From Octopus sinensis (taxonomy: Eukaryota): a stretch of DNA of 64,000 nt. Of the stretch, positions 1 through 14,060 are shown one piece after another; within the stretch, counting starts at the first letter, position 1; every line of letters starts with the position of its first letter. Position numbers and translations under genes: made by a program. The stretch lies in contig NC_043002.1 in the NCBI RefSeq assembly GCF_006345805.1, positions 40,176,001 through 40,240,000 on the forward strand, in the 5' to 3' direction. A model generated the notes under the pieces. That model was not told the DNA's origin, did no database searches, and worked only from the letters and a program-made list of their open reading frames with translations.

Positions 1-526
1 AGAAATTGCAGAGCCATCTTGGACTATGAGAGACAACCATCTTATTTGCTGTGGTGTGTCAACTGTAAATGCACTGCATTTGTTTTGACATTTTAAGACC
101 ACACTACACTTGCTGTGAAATGTGAAGCATATGCTACAGTTGCTGTGACATGTGTAAAGAACAATACCCTATGCTTGCTGTGGCATGCTAACTAAAGATT
201 CACTACTCTTACTGTAATGTGCTGACAATAGGTATATTGTTCTTACTTTGTTGTGTATATGTCATTCTTCTTTTATGGCAACCCACAAAGGATACAACAG
301 TTTTTCTCACATATATTATGTTGATGTACATATTTAAAAAGTTTGTTTAAGTATAAAACACTTGAGTTTGTTTTCTGAACCTAATCATCACTTTTGCTTT
401 TGAACTTTCTTACCTACTTTTCCTTTGAGCCTGATAACATTTGTCTTTGATATTTGATCCTAATTACTTTTTGTTGTTTGATATTTTGCACACTATGACC
501 TTATGTTTTACATTGAATATTTACAG

Positions 527-665
527 ACACGGATTACTACTTTCCACCTGGTTGCATTCTCGAGAAAATACTTTCAGTTCAGTATTTGGATGATTTGGAT
601 ATAGAAGGAATTTACCCTCTTTATCAACAATTGCAAAAGCATTTTCAAAAGCATCCTGAAGATAG
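527..665 (+). CDS. IPPK: IPPK (inositol-pentakisphosphate 2-kinase), internal coding exon
   Basis: ttacag acceptor, AG|GTGAGG donor; translates TDYYFPPGCILEKILSVQYLDDLDIEGIYPLYQQLQKHFQKHPED, containing the IP5 2-kinase LDxLDIEGxY motif; phase fits next exon. Confidence 0.93.
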
Positions 666-1052
666 GTGAGGAAAAAAACACTACATTTTTGGCTATGTTC
701 TATTCTGTTTTCTAGATAGTCTAAATTTTTGATAAAAGCAAAAAGAGTATATTTATATGGGTACAGGTTTGAATGAGTGGCTATGTGGTTTACTTCGAAA
801 TGATGTGATTTTGAGTTGAATCCCATTGCATGGCACTTTAGGACATCATCTCTACACTTTGGGTTTGCCAATACCATGAGTGAAATTTGGTTGGCAGATG
901 CCCAATATATATCATCATCTTTTAACATCCATTTTCCATGCTGGCATAGATTGATGGGTTGATCAGTTTGACAGGGTCAGACTAGTCAAAGGACTGTATT
1001 ATGTTCCAATGTATACTTTGGTATGATATCTATGGTTGAATGCACCATACAA

Positions 1053-1345
1053 TCTGCCTTTCACTTTGGGAGAGAAACCTTTTGTCACCAACAGAGATAA
1101 CAGCTCTCTCAAATTTTCCCAGCCTGTTTTTATTCTAGCCTTTATTTGAAAGCTATTTCCGATACACTCTTAGTGCTTGTTGCTACTCAGCATCTGCCAC
1201 GGACAAAGTCTACTTTTTCCATTAACCAGCCTATGATACCACTGCACCTCTTGTGTGTCCATAGTTTGCACTTGGTACACTGCATACAATTTCTGCATAT
1301 TGAGCTAGACAATTTTCTGTTTTCTTACATGCTAAATTTGAGATC
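1053..1345 (-). mobile_element. RTE-clade LINE ORF2 C-terminal fragment (decayed)
   Basis: Similar to 5770-6114 and (inverted) to 24860-25180. Confidence 0.7.
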
Positions 1346-1575
1346 CTTCAATTCCAGGTTTTACTTCGACACTTGGAATTTCTTTTCCAATTCTACTATA
1401 GATTCAGCTGTTTGAATAAGGTCATCAACAGTTCTCATAGGCAACCAGACCTAAATAAGACCTTTACACAAAAAAACGAGAAAATTTATCCTTTTGAGAA
1501 GCATTGATATGATTGACGAAAACATTCAAAAGCAGTGCCCCAACAAGGCCACATTCCAGTATCTGGAACAATTAA

Positions 1576-1787
1576 CCTTTTAGTATTCAAACTGGCTTAA
1601 ATATTCTACCTGTTAAACAGGTACATTATTTAGGCCTGGATATGTTCAAACCAGCCAGATGCAGCCTCTCACACCTACTCTACAATGTCCTTCAAAAATA
1701 AGCAATCACATTATGAAATCTCAAAGCTGCAAGACGATGCCTGATTAATTCAAAACAGCGTGACAGAATAATCTGAGTGCTAAAGGG
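1576..1787. mobile_element. piggyBac-like MITE
   Basis: TTAA on both flanks (1572-1575, 1788-1791); imperfect TIRs CCTTTTAGTATTCA / TGAGTGCTAAAGGG; related copy at 36397-36612. Confidence 0.75.
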
Positions 1788-2419
1788 TTAAAGAAGTTCT
1801 AAATAAAAATATATAGTAAAGGGATTTTTTTATATCCATATCATGTCATCATTGTTTTAGCATCCATTTTTCCATGCTTAACATTGGTCAGTCAGAATTC
1901 ATCAATAGCTAGATGCCATTCATGTTGCCAACCTTCACCTAATTCCAAGCAAGCTAATATTCCCCCATGACCACACACTTTGTCAGGAGACTGGGAATGG
2001 ACACTACTTGTGTGACAGTAAGGCTCGTTTAAAGGTGTTGAGTAATCTCAAGACAAGAAGAGACAAACATACACACATATAGACAACAGGCTTCTTTTAA
2101 TATGCCTCACAAGGCTTTGGTCAATCTGGACTGTAGTAGAAGACATTTGCCAAAGCTGCTACGCAGTGGGACTGAACCTGAAACCATGTAATTAGGAAAG
2201 ACTTCTTAACCACATGCAACACAGCTATGCCTGTGGCTAGTCATGGCTGTGTAGTTAAAAAGTTTGCTTTGTAACCATGTTGCTTGAGGACCAGTACGAC
2301 AGCAGGAATATTGTCAGCTGGTGTTGTACACTATAGCCATGAGTCTGCCAATACCTTGTGAGTGAAATTGGTTGACAGAAATTGAAGAAGCTTGTAAATA
2401 AATGAATTTATGTGTGAAG

Positions 2420-2725
2420 CCACATGATCTAGTGGTTAAGGTGTTGCACACGCGGTCGTAAGAACATGGTTTCGATTCCCAAACCTGGCGTTATACTGTG
2501 TTCTTGAACAAAACACTTCATTTCGCGTTGTTCCAGTTCACTCAGCTGTAAATGGATAACCTTTGCAATGAACTGACGTCCCATTCAGGGGGTAATGTTG
2601 GCCTGTCTGCCTAGCCAGCGGGATGACTTTATTCAAAAGCTACAAGAAGGCAAGGAAGCGCATTGTGACCATCCCAACGGTGTATACTATCAAATATTCT
2701 TATTGATACGTGTGTATGAGAGAGG
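2420..2725 (+). mobile_element. tRNA-derived SINE
   Basis: A-box-like tgatctagtgg, B-box-like ggtttcgattcc, followed by a ccagttcactcagctgtaaatgg core shared with 38140-38465. Confidence 0.65.
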
Positions 2726-3510
2726 GGAGGGGGAGAACGGAATCATATTTCCCCATCATTTGTGTTCACTCACCATAAACAATACACAGGCTGTGGGCAA
2801 GTGTTCTTTTCTTGCAGTCAACTGCAAAGGTATGTCTGGGTTTCTTGACATATTGCACGATCTTTGTCAACAAAAAGCTCGTTCAAACGGTGTTGCTTGT
2901 TTACAGTTCACTGCTTAACTATGTCCGAGCTGTTCATTTTTCGATAGACTTAGGGATTATTACTTTACTTGGAAACAGGTGGGGGTTGGTGACAGGAATG
3001 GCATGCAGCTATAGAAAATCTACTTCAATAAATTCCTTCCGACCCATGCAAGCATGGAAAAGTGAATATTAAAATGATGACGATGATTACATCAAATTTA
3101 CTATGGACTATGGTTGCAAAGTTTTAAGTGGTGTCATTGTTCCTATAACTCTGTGACTGTATTGTACACCGGTGCTATCTAGAAACTCTTACCGTTCCAG
3201 AGGTTTTGTTCACACCATATTTGTCACATTTCACACATTAACAGAAAATATACAGGTCAATGAGAGAGCCCTACACGGTCGATTGATTTGCTAGAAATAG
3301 CACATTTGATAATATAGTCTTTAGATAACCCTTCAAAAGACAAGATACTTCGTGACTAAAACTTTGTTCAATCAAGGTTTTGCGGGGATTAAACAACAAA
3401 AAACACACAAAAGTTTTAATTCTCCCCGTTATTATTTGTGTACCATTTTTTGTTGTTTTTTTTTTCCTTTGAATAAAACATGGTTATTTACGAATCTTTT
3501 TCTTTTTTAG

Positions 3511-3622
3511 ACAAAAGTATTGCCTGGACGGTCCTTACAGGGGGGACAACTGGTATGTGGTTTCTAATAACAACAACATCGAGGATGCAGGAAATTCTGA
3601 CATACTTTATACAATGATTAAG
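3511..3622 (+). CDS. IPPK: IPPK internal coding exon
   Basis: tttttag acceptor, AAG|GTGAGG donor; (R)QKYCLDGPYRGDNWYVVSNNNNIEDAGNSDILYTMIK, resembling the IDGPY segment of animal IPPK; phases consistent with neighbours. Confidence 0.88.
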
Positions 3623-4319
3623 GTGAGGTTTATTCATAATTTTATCGTTTTCGACAAATGCTATGTATACGAGTGTCTCTAGACGTGCGTTTGTGTTCTA
3701 TCCGACTTCGTCCCCATTTAGCAGATCAGCCTTTTTCTTTTTCTTTTTTCTCAAGCTGTGTTCATAAATATTTATTCCTGCACAAATGTGCCCCACCAAC
3801 TCGTTGATATTCGTTGATAACTTCCAGAAAAATGGGTTTTAAAATTTTTATTTTCTTCGTGAAATTTTTCTACAAATATTTTTCAGATGGTATACAATAC
3901 GATTATATTGGATTTTAATGTAAAGGGCCTAAAGTGGACCCTATAACTGAGGGAGAATAAGAGTGTGCAATGATTCTAGGCAGGTAACCGAGAGAAAGAT
4001 GGAACATATTTACAGTCGTGAAAGGGTGGTGGAGATGGAGAGAGTAACCGAGTAGTAATCACATAAGGGAAAAGGAAAGGGTTAATAATGGCGAAGTGTG
4101 TATGCTGATTGGTAGAACAACAGGACAAGTATAATAAATGAGATGGCAGGGAGGAGTAAAGAGATAGGAATCATGGAGGGAAGAGGATGTAAGGTGATAG
4201 GTAGAAGGTAGGGTTGGTGGGGAACATATATATAACAGCTTCTTAAAGGTGTATTTTTCCATTGGTGGACAGGTCTTCTGTAGTATCACGTATTATTATG
4301 GTCCTTTATCATCTCTTCT

Positions 4320-4500
4320 GAGAGTTGCACTTCATTCCAGGGTCTTCCTTGGTTTCCCTCTGCCACAGGTTCCAATAACTTGGAGTGCTCAACACTGTTG
4401 TATTCAGCAGCCATCTCGACATGCATCACATACCCATACCAGCACAGCCTCCACTTTGCACGCACCTGATTTTCACTTACATGGAATGCACTTGTTCCTG
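4320..4500 (-). mobile_element. RTE LINE C-terminal fragment (decayed)
   Basis: Reverse strand resembles the WxGHV...GRGKPRKTW end of the other RTE copies. Confidence 0.5.
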
Positions 4501-5084
4501 AATTTTTTTTCCTTTCTCATGGAAACCTAGTTTTTGAGGTGCAGGTTTGATACTGTTATGAATGGTTATCAAAATTCTGAGGCCTGATACTTTAAATATT
4601 AATCAAACTCTTAGACTTCAATTATTTAGAGTCTTTACAAGCAAGACACAACTGTTAGTGGTGGTACTGTAAATATTCATGTATTTAACTCATTATGAGT
4701 TGCCTGGTAATCCAGACAGCCTCCACCAAAATTTAATTTTCTTCTTAACAGAACTTTTGGGGTTAATCATTGTCTGAGACTAATCTGTTGAATGGAGAAA
4801 ACATGTAAAGAATTCTGGAGAGCTAGTTGTTATTGATCTATCTGTCCATTATGAAGTTTAATTAAATGTAGAAATTCTTACACAAAATATTAATAATTCA
4901 ATTCTTTTTAACTTATGATTTATCAGATTTTTACATATCTGCTTGACCATCCTGTCTTTCTGTGGCTATGTTGTCAAATATGTTCTTTTAAAGACTAGGA
5001 TGTGATTTGAGAGAAATATGGCTGTTATTTTTAGCAGATCAAGAGACTGCATATAGGTTCCTTTATTGGTTAGTATGTCATCAT

Positions 5085-6114
5085 AATCATCATCATTTAA
5101 CGTTTGTTGTCCATGCTGGCATGGGTTGAATAGTTTGACCAAGGCTGCAGCAGACACCAGTCTGATTTGGCATGGTTTCTACAGCTGAGAGTGTAATGGA
5201 TGCTTTTACATGCCACTTGTATCCGCCACAATTGCAATTTTACTTGGCTTCATGGGTCTTCTTCTCAAGCACAAAGTAATGCCATAGGTCTCAGTCATTG
5301 CCTCCATGCAGCCCAACACTCAAAAGGTGCTTTTTACATGACACCAGCATCAGCTATGACTATGATTTTACTTGGTTTGACATGTCTTCTCAAGCAGAGC
5401 ATATCGCCAAAGGTCTCAGCCACCAGTCATTGCCTCTGTGAAGCCCAAAGTTCAAAGATCATGCTTCATCACCTTACCCCATGTCTTCCTGGGTCTAACT
5501 CTACCACAGGTTCCCTCCAGTTAGAGATAGGCACTTCTTTACACAGCTGTCCTCATCAATATGCATCACATGACCATACCAGCAGTCGTCTCTCTTGCAC
5601 ACCATATCTGATGCCTCTTATGCTCAACATTTTTCTCAAGATGCTTACACTCTGTTGAAAATGCAAACTGATATAACACATCCAGTGAAGCATACTGGCT
5701 GCATGCACTTCTTTCAAGCCCACACATGTCCTAAGCTGTCAGAGCCAGTTTCACTGCTATGAAGGATAGCTGTTCACACACAGGCATCATACAATCTGCC
5801 TTTCACTCTGAGAGAGAGACCTGTTGTTGCCAGCAAAGGTAGGAGCTCTCTCTGAACTTTGCCCAGCCTGTTCTTATTCTTGCAGCTATGCTCTCAGAGC
5901 ATTCACCTCCACTACTAACTTGGTCACCTAGATAACAGAAGCTATCTACTACCTCTAGCTTACCCCACTGGCAGTTGATGGAATCTATTTTCTGTACATT
6001 TTTGGTGTTTATTGTACCTGTGCATCTTCCACACACAAAAGCTATTTTCCTTGTTAACCTTCCTTTAACATTACTGCACCTCGTGTGATGATAGCTTACA
6101 CTGGGTGCATCCAA
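5085..6114 (-). mobile_element. 5'-truncated RTE LINE: ORF2 C-terminus, partial 3'UTR and (GAT)n tail
   Basis: ORF 5803-6114 (RCSNVKGRLTRKIAFVCGRCTG...RIRTGWAKFRE) matches 24957-25154; tail catcatcatttaacgt at ~5085. Confidence 0.85.
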
Positions 6115-6146
6115 TTAATAAAAATATTTTTGCTTTGTTTTTGCAG

Positions 6147-6220
6147 GTGAAACAATTTCTTGTGGCACAAACTGTAAAAGACTGCTCCATTATTCTTGCT
6201 ATGCAGAGACAAGATAATCG
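6147..6220 (+). CDS. IPPK: IPPK internal coding exon
   Basis: ttttgcag acceptor, CG|GTAATT donor; VKQFLVAQTVKDCSIILAMQRQDN contains the family KDCS motif. Confidence 0.93.
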
Positions 6221-6974
6221 GTAATTTTTTTTTTTTTTAATTTATTTAAATTCCTTTCATTAAAGATCTCAAATTTACACAGGTGAGAGAATCATTTGAT
6301 TGTAATATCATCTCAAGAGTCTTACAATCAGAGAGGAAATGAAATAGTTTCAATCAGGAATCCAATCTGGGTTGCTATTTCAGCTAACCAGGAACTGAAT
6401 TCTTACTGAATATATTTGCCACCTTAAATTTACAAGAAAATGCACAGGAATGTAAAGAAGAAAAAAAAAGTCGAATGACATCCCATTATCTCTTTCAGAT
6501 ACTAAAATCTCCAAGATTTTTCTCATCAATGAAAGTCACTACTCTAAGTATTAGATTTTCTTTCTCACATTGCACCAACATTTTATTATAGGATTGGTTA
6601 TGTGTTTACATTGTTTGTATAGTAGTGTAATTTGTGAATGAAACAGATAGCAAGCCTTAAATTAGGTTAATGTAAATTTGTGTCAAAAACTGGCCAGAAT
6701 GTAGACAATAGAAAGGCTGGAATGCATAGATAGTTATTGGGGTGAACTGGAAAAAGGAAAAAACTAGATTTGAATTAGAAATATTGAAGGATGAAATTGA
6801 ATATTTTATGCATTTAGCCTAGCACTATGCCATTTCTCCACAGCAGTCTACTTCCAATTATATAATTGTAGTTTTTCATGCTTGAGAAAGATAGTTCTGC
6901 AATTTCTTGCAAAACAATCTGCAATAATGGTGTGTTTATAGTGATCATAAATAATGGTGTGTTTATAGTGCACA

Positions 6975-7145
6975 TAAGCCCACTCCCTTCATCAAATCAA
7001 CATTGTGTGCCACACATCAGATGTCAATGGAGCAGTGCAAAATAAAGTGTTTTGCTCAAGAACATAACGCATCATCAGGTCTTGGAATTGAACCCAGAAT
7101 TTCACTATCATGAGTACAACGCCCTAACCACTAAACTATGTACTG
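6975..7145 (-). mobile_element. tRNA-derived SINE fragment
   Basis: Reverse strand carries A/B-box-like head (tagtggttagggcgtt...tgggttcaattcc) and tgttcttgagcaaaacac core. Confidence 0.55.
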
Positions 7146-7298
7146 CCCTCCAATTCCAATATTATACAGAATTATTGTTACCAATTATTTTAAATAGCCT
7201 TCTGATTTAAACCTGTTGTGGTCATTGTTTTTGTAATATTATTATTTTATTTTTTTTAAGAATTGAATATATTTTTTCCTTTTAATTTTATTTTTCAG

Positions 7299-7470
7299 TT
7301 CGGATATGTCAGGTGTCTCTTATTTAACAGACTGCTTTGGACAGCCCTATAAGCATTCCTTGGCTATTATTGACTTGGATCCTAAACCATATGAAAAAAT
7401 TCCCGTTTATATGAAAGAAGATGAAACTATAGTTAATACCTACTTGAAATCACAATTTGCTGTTCCTTGA
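7299..7470 (+). CDS. IPPK: IPPK last coding exon (stop TGA 7468-7470)
   Basis: tttttcag acceptor; SDMSGVSYLTDCFGQPYKHSLAIIDLDPKPYEKIPVYMKEDETIVNTYLKSQFAVP*, containing the DLD(L/P)KP motif. Confidence 0.93.
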
Positions 7471-10099
7471 AAGAAAGAAAGATGTATGTTTGGTTCAGAA
7501 CAACTTGAGAAACCAATTTACATAAAGAGAAGTAAAAAGATAATTACTTTCTGATGCGTTCAATAAGGAAAGGAAAAAAAAAAATTAAATTTTTGTTGCA
7601 GAAAGTATTGCCCCAGAATTCAGTGTGTCTAATTCCAGGCACTTTACATGAAAGGAACAGTATTGCTGAATTACTGATATAGCATCGTAATTAAGAATGA
7701 AGATATTTTGGTGAGAAATAGAATGGGGAGATGCTATTCATTTGCTATTATAAGTTTCTCCTTTTAACATCATTGTTATTCCCTTTGGATCCCAAGTGAA
7801 TAATAATAATTTGTAAGTGCTTGAATACAAATTATTAATTCTAATATAATCTTGCTGTTAGAAAGCACTGCATTATGGAAATAATTGAAATGAAACCAAA
7901 TTTGCAATCCCAACACCAATGTTAAAATTTTTGAGTTTTACTCACAGTAAACTTATGTGATAGCATATTACCTAAGGAAAACAATTGGGCAGACATGAAT
8001 AATGCTGTTCATGCTTCAGTTTTTAGATTGAAAATATTATTTTGATTAAAGTATGGACTTTATATATAATTGTCTATATTTTAATACGTTCAAGAAAGTT
8101 TCTTTTATTTAATTACTGACTTTACCTTTCGCCTATATGATAATCATACAAATGTTTGACATCTGCATAAAAACTTTGTTGCGAACATATATCATAAAAT
8201 TAATTTTTTAATAAAACCAAAATATAATGGATGGGGGGGTAATCATTTATTTTATTGAACAAAAAAAAAAAAGGGCGGGGACCCTACAAAAATGAGAATT
8301 AAGATTGCTATTCATTGCACCAACATTCGTAAGGACTTCCTCCTCCCCATGATTGATATGGGTTAATTATGCTTTCAGAATTGCCTTTTACCATTTGTCC
8401 TTCAAAAATATTTATGAAAATAAGAGTAATGCTGAAGTCTGGACTTCATTTTCCAATTTAACATTTCCAATCACAGTATTATATACTTCTGATGATTTTC
8501 GCAATCTATAAGTAGCAAGAAAGCATTCTGTGTCTATACTTAATCATATGAATGTTGATATTCATAATTTTTTTTTTTTTTGTTAACTCAACTTATTTGG
8601 CTGTGGTCTTTTGAGAGAAACAGAATTATTCCAAATAAAATCTATTTCTCTGATGTCGAATTAATGTATTAAACACCATCTCATTTGAAAATATTTTTCA
8701 ATTTTAATGAACCATCTTGTGGTACACTTTCAAAATGACATTATTTAGATCAATCTTACATAGCATATCAAATTTCCTTCCAAATTAATAACTATGCTTT
8801 CAAAACTGTATGCTGCTGGCTTTTTGTTCAGAACAGATTAAAAAAAAAAGTAGTTTAAGTAACAAAATCTGTCCAAGAAATCACATACATTTAAGATATT
8901 TTTCATATAGTTCTTTTAAGTTCTGAATTAAGTTAAAGAAGACAATTACAGGTTTTTGATGCCTTAGAGTTTTAATTTTCCATTAATGTTATATAAAATT
9001 AATTATGAAAGCAGAACACCTTAAAAGTATCTTATTCAGGGATTCCCTCTTCAAGTCACCATTAGTGAGCTTAGTTACAATGACACTTGAATAATCTTGT
9101 ACCTAAAAAATATATACACAATTTTATTTTTTTCATATATACCTCCATTTTGATAAGTGGGAATTGCTATGTAGTATGGTATTGCAGAGCAACATCCATT
9201 TGTCTAAATGGCAGTAAACATATGCTGTTCATATACCTTCCATTCTAATTAAACAGGAGGGGAGAAATGGCAGTAAATTTAGATTGACTATAATTTACAA
9301 AACCAAATGAGAAGTTTTACAGTTTCTATAAATATCATAATTTCAACTCTACACAACACTGGCCAATTATGAGAATTATTGAGTAAAATACTGGTGCACA
9401 CATAATTATAAAAGATCAAGCAGGTACTGTAACTGACAAATAAAAACTGAATTCAGAAGCTACTGCTGTCCAATAAAACCTAAATGATTTATTGAATAAA
9501 TTATTACAGACATTTTCCACTGGTTTAATGTTTTGTTTTTTGCTGTTTTTGTTATATTTAAATTTGTAAATTTACATAAACTGTGATAGAAATTTATTAG
9601 CACTTTGGAACACATTTCAAAATTATGTAATTATTTTAGTTTAAGATATTAAACATAATTCCATAAACATTAAAATAATTTAATGCTTGCATAATTAATA
9701 TATCAGATTGTCTTTATATTATTTTACTCCAATTACATCTCTCGAAAGAGACTATATTACTGAGTGAAACTTTTTGCAAAGCCATTTCACATAAACATTT
9801 TCTTTTAATAGTCATTTCAATTACCGGGGAATAAAGCAATGGAATGTTTTCCAGTCAGAAGGTGGTTATCCTCAATGACTGATGTAGCAGCACTATCCAC
9901 CGATACAAAGACAAGAGCTCTAGAGGCAGTTATGGAAGTGGCACAATTAATTAGGAAGAGAATTAGCTTAGATGTGCTTTAGGCATTGAACCAAGACAGA
10001 ATATTATCCATGCCCTCTTTTAAGCTTGAAACTTCTTGTTTTAAGTCTCACTAAGAGTAAGCCACAAAATACCTGTCAAAGACTTTCTACAGGTCACCA

Positions 10100-10960
10100 G
10101 AATACCGCAGTCTGGTAGCAAAGAGAAGTGAGTATATGAATGGCTTGAGTCATTTACATGGGTGCTTTTAAAAATGAGTTCAGCTAGGAGTTTCGTAGAC
10201 AGCTAGTCTGGACTACATAAAATTTCAAGATTAGGTTTCTGTAAGAACATGTCAAAGACCCATTTCTCATAGCTTGAAACATGGAAGCCAGGTCTTGAAT
10301 AAGCATAAAAGAATACAGAAATCTGCCAATAAGAAGTGGCTGTTTTCAATATGCAAATAAGGAATACAAAGTAATTTTATACTGCATCCCATTAAGTGTA
10401 TAAAAGGTGCAGGGGTTCACATAGGATGAAAAGATTTTAAAAAAAGGGTTTGTATGTAGTAGATAAACCAGAAGTTAGCTGTCAGAGCACTCATGAAACG
10501 AAATTTCATATCAAAATAGTTGACAGCTTTTGTTACCTAGGTAACAAAATTAGCAGTAGAGGTGGGTGCTGCTAAAGTATAGTGGACAGAGTGGGGAAAA
10601 GAGCTATTTGAGTGAATGGTAGATTCTATGTTGTGTATAAAGTGTGAAATAAAGGCACCTAGTGCAAAAGCTGGATAGAACTATGTTGGTATAGTTTGAA
10701 TGTGTGATGTGCATGAACAACAAAGCAAAAGAGTGGGTAGAGATATCTAAAAGGAATCAGATGTGCAAAACAGAAATCTTAATATGGATATGTGATTTAT
10801 ATGAAGAATAAAAGTCAGGTGAAAGAAGTGTACCAAACAATCCAAGTTGAAAAGAACCTGCAGAAAAAAGTATGATACTACACAAAAGTAGATCTGTCCA
10901 ACCCATAAAAGCATGAGAGAAAAAGATGAGATGACCATGGCCTCAAATACCACCACTCTT
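10100..10960 (-). mobile_element. CR1/L2-like LINE RT C-terminal remnant between the two 3' ends
   Basis: Degenerate frames resemble the late RT region; similar in character to 31840-33640. Confidence 0.45.
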
Positions 10961-11683
10961 TGCTAAACAACAGCTTGTATTCACAAGACAAACAGTTTGT
11001 TGTTAAAAAGAAAGATTATCTTAATAGATAATACTGAGAACTTATAATACAGATATTTGTTATCAAGCATGGGCAATTTCCATATGTGCTACACCGATAC
11101 TCCACTTTCTGTACACTATAAACAGTGTGTCATCATTCAAACTTGTGGCATTTAATTTATGAAACAATATTTCAAGTTTATCTCATGTTAACAACACTTC
11201 TAACAATTAATTTACAGTAAGGTTTGCATATTTAAGGAAATAAAATTGTAAGTTACACCTGATTAGCTAATATCATACAATGAAAATCTTTGGAAAATAT
11301 TTAATATAATCCAAATCAATACCGCATTCAAAAGAAAGTAAATAAGTAAACCACAAACATAAAATACACTGTTAAAGTTTCATTTAATAGCTTCAATAGT
11401 GATGGAAATAATATATATTATTATATTCACTAATAATCCAATTTGGAATATTTACAGATTTACTTTTAAAAATTGCTTTAAATACTAATATGAAACTTCA
11501 AATGTATTCAAGTCAAATATTTTTGTAGTCCTTTAGATAAGCCACATTTTGAATATCTTTCTTTTCATGATCATGTTTTCTAACCAGCATAATTTTTTTT
11601 TTTTATATTAGATTTTTTTTTCAAAAGCTGTGAATTTATGTGTGTGTGTGAGTGTGTATATATATATACATATATATACATAT

Positions 11684-11715
<32 letters not shown>

Positions 11716-13260
11716 AACCTTGAGAAAAGCAGACACCATTCTGAATTGGTTTCACAATAAAGTAGAAGTTAAATATAAATCATTCAAAACACAAATGATA
11801 ACTAGGACTATAAATGTGTATGTGTGTGTGTGCACGCGCATAGTGAAAAGAAGTGGGGTAGCTCAGTGTTTTTATTTTTCAAAATAAGTATAAATGTAAA
11901 GGACTTTTTTTTATTTTATATTTTATTTACTATGTAGCAAGTGATCTACATTGTGGAAAAGTGATGTATTAAAAAAATTTTTGAGATGCCACAATCATTT
12001 ATTTATACAATGTGCTTAAGTTATCATATAAAGCATAACAAGATACTGTTTTGGTGTTACAAAGGCCATAACAGCTCTGGTTTGGTCAGTAAGGTGAAGA
12101 TGGGCAAAGGAGGAAAATGAAGTTGAAATAGTATGACCATTTCTCAAATTTCCAGAGAAATGATATTTCAACTAAACTTTCATCAGAGTTAAGGCAGAAC
12201 ATAACCCATTCTGTTTCACTGACTATTTTCTGGAAAAGTTTGTCAGTTGAGACATAATTTTTGCTGACACAATTCTTTCACTTTTATCCATGAAAACATT
12301 TTCCGGTTACATTGAATCAATGATTTCAGAACAAATGGTATAGTAACTTGCTTCTTCATTTCGATATTTTTTTTATTTATTTATTTTTTCTTTTCAAACT
12401 GATCATAAAAATACTCCTTTTTTTGAAATTGGTGAAATTTTAAGATTTTTTTTTTATATAATATCTTCTTTTATTTAAAGATAAAACTATAAGTATTTTT
12501 TTTAATGTAATGGTCATTATTTGAACTGTAGGTTCAACTTTAATTTATCACATGATTTAAATAAATGAAATTATTCACTGATAAAAAAAAAGGGGGGGGG
12601 GTCTGTTCAGAGAAATGCTGAACTTAAAGCCACCAAGATTTGTTTGATTTTTACAGAAGTTATCCATAATATGAAGTATAAACCAAAACTGACAATTGAT
12701 TCTAATTGTGTAACACCAAAAACAGAGAGAAGCAGTATCAATAACTATGACACCTAAAAAGGTAAAGTTATATCTTCCAAAGTATAAACTCCATGAATTA
12801 GTTTGTTAACTGTGCTGAAATTGATAAATGGGTCTACCTTACCTTTTAAGTCCCTCACATTTGTTTTTTTTTTTTCTTTTGGGATTAAAAACATAATATT
12901 CATCCACTTGTAGATGCCATTAGAGTAGAATCAAATTGTAACAGTCTTGAACATGAATTAGAGGGGTGAGCTAAAGCAGCATAGGGTATACTTGTAGAAG
13001 AAAGACAAGTACTTGAAAACATTCACACAGAGAAAATCTATATATATTTAGGAAAGAAAGAGAAACAGGCATAGATAAATAGCTCATTATAAATGAACAT
13101 GTTATGGAATTTCAACAATCTTATATCATAGAAAAGACTGTAGATTTTTTTAAATTATCTAAACTGATGTTAAGTTCCATCATTTAAAAAGTACTGGATG
13201 TATCTAGATTTTGCACACATAGGTTCTGCCTTTGTGCCTATGCAAGTAAGCAATCCTATG

Positions 13261-13415
13261 TTAACTTGAATGATGTGTTGATTGGTCCATGTTAAAACTG
13301 GCATTATCACAAACTGACGTTGAAGCAGCATTTTTCTTTAAACTATCAAAGTATTCCTGTTGGGACTGAGCAATCACTTGTGCAAGGATGTCATCTTCTT
13401 CCCATTCTGTTAGAC
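13261..13415 (-). CDS. OTUD5: OTUD5 exon 10 (UIM-like motif, stop TAA at 13261-13263)
   Basis: cttcag acceptor; (G)LTEWEEDDILAQVIAQSQQEYFDSLKKNAAS...HHSS*, matching vertebrate [28 protein letters not shown]. Confidence 0.94.
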
Positions 13416-13913
13416 CTGAAGTGAACAGACAACACTATAACGAAAGGCACTACTTATAAATCAGTCTTGCTACAGTGTAAATAAAACTATAACCATGGCT
13501 TAATGTAAAAGCAATAAAAATATATTTTGAAAGATAAGATAAATTAAGTCTTTAAATTAGATCTTCATTTAGCTATCTCCAGAAATATCTTCATTATATG
13601 GGTTGAAATAGAAAAACAAATCTAGATTCAGACTGTCGTCATTTTGTAGCATCTATACAGTACATTTATTTCTTCATAGCTACATTAATATGTTAAGCTA
13701 TGCTCTAATCTATATTAGTTAAGATAAGGAAAATTACACAAGATGTTAACAGTCACTCTTAAACATGTCAAGGTGAAGAGTGAAAAGAAATATATGCAAA
13801 CTTTATTTCTATAATGGAAGATTTAAAAGAAGGGCAAAAATAATCTAAACTAGTTAATGACATCTATATTAAAAAATAAAGATTTCACTAAATTTATTCA
13901 TTTTTAAACTTAC

Positions 13914-14060
13914 CAAACATAGTTGGTGGCAAGTGATTCATTAAAGATGCAGTTTCATCAAAACCACCTGTAGCCATATCACTAGAAGTGCAACTTGCAG
14001 TTGCACCAGCTGCAGCACCAAGAAGAGGTTCACTGCCAAGTTGAGGCGATTTAGGACATC
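13914..14060 (-). CDS. OTUD5: OTUD5 exon 9
   Basis: cttatag acceptor; (G)CPKSPQLGSEPLLGAAAGATASCTSSDMATGGFDETASLMNHLPPTMF; G|GTAAGT donor. Confidence 0.9.

Noticed and set aside
40-200. Recurring ttgctgtg motif at irregular 25-60 bp spacing
   Set aside because: Too degenerate and truncated by the window edge to interpret.
521-928. 135-aa minus-strand ORF
   Set aside because: Antisense shadow of an IPPK exon plus intron and SINE sequence; no recognisable domain.
2420-2500. tRNA-like A/B boxes (also 38145, 49900-49974, 59010-59090)
   Set aside because: No complete cloverleaf and continuous with SINE bodies; these are SINE heads, not tRNA genes.
12657-12761. Plus-strand exon-like unit (ttacag ... 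AAG|GTAAAG) in the OTUD5 3' region
   Set aside because: Stops in all three frames and no partner exons; such signals are common by chance in AT-rich DNA.
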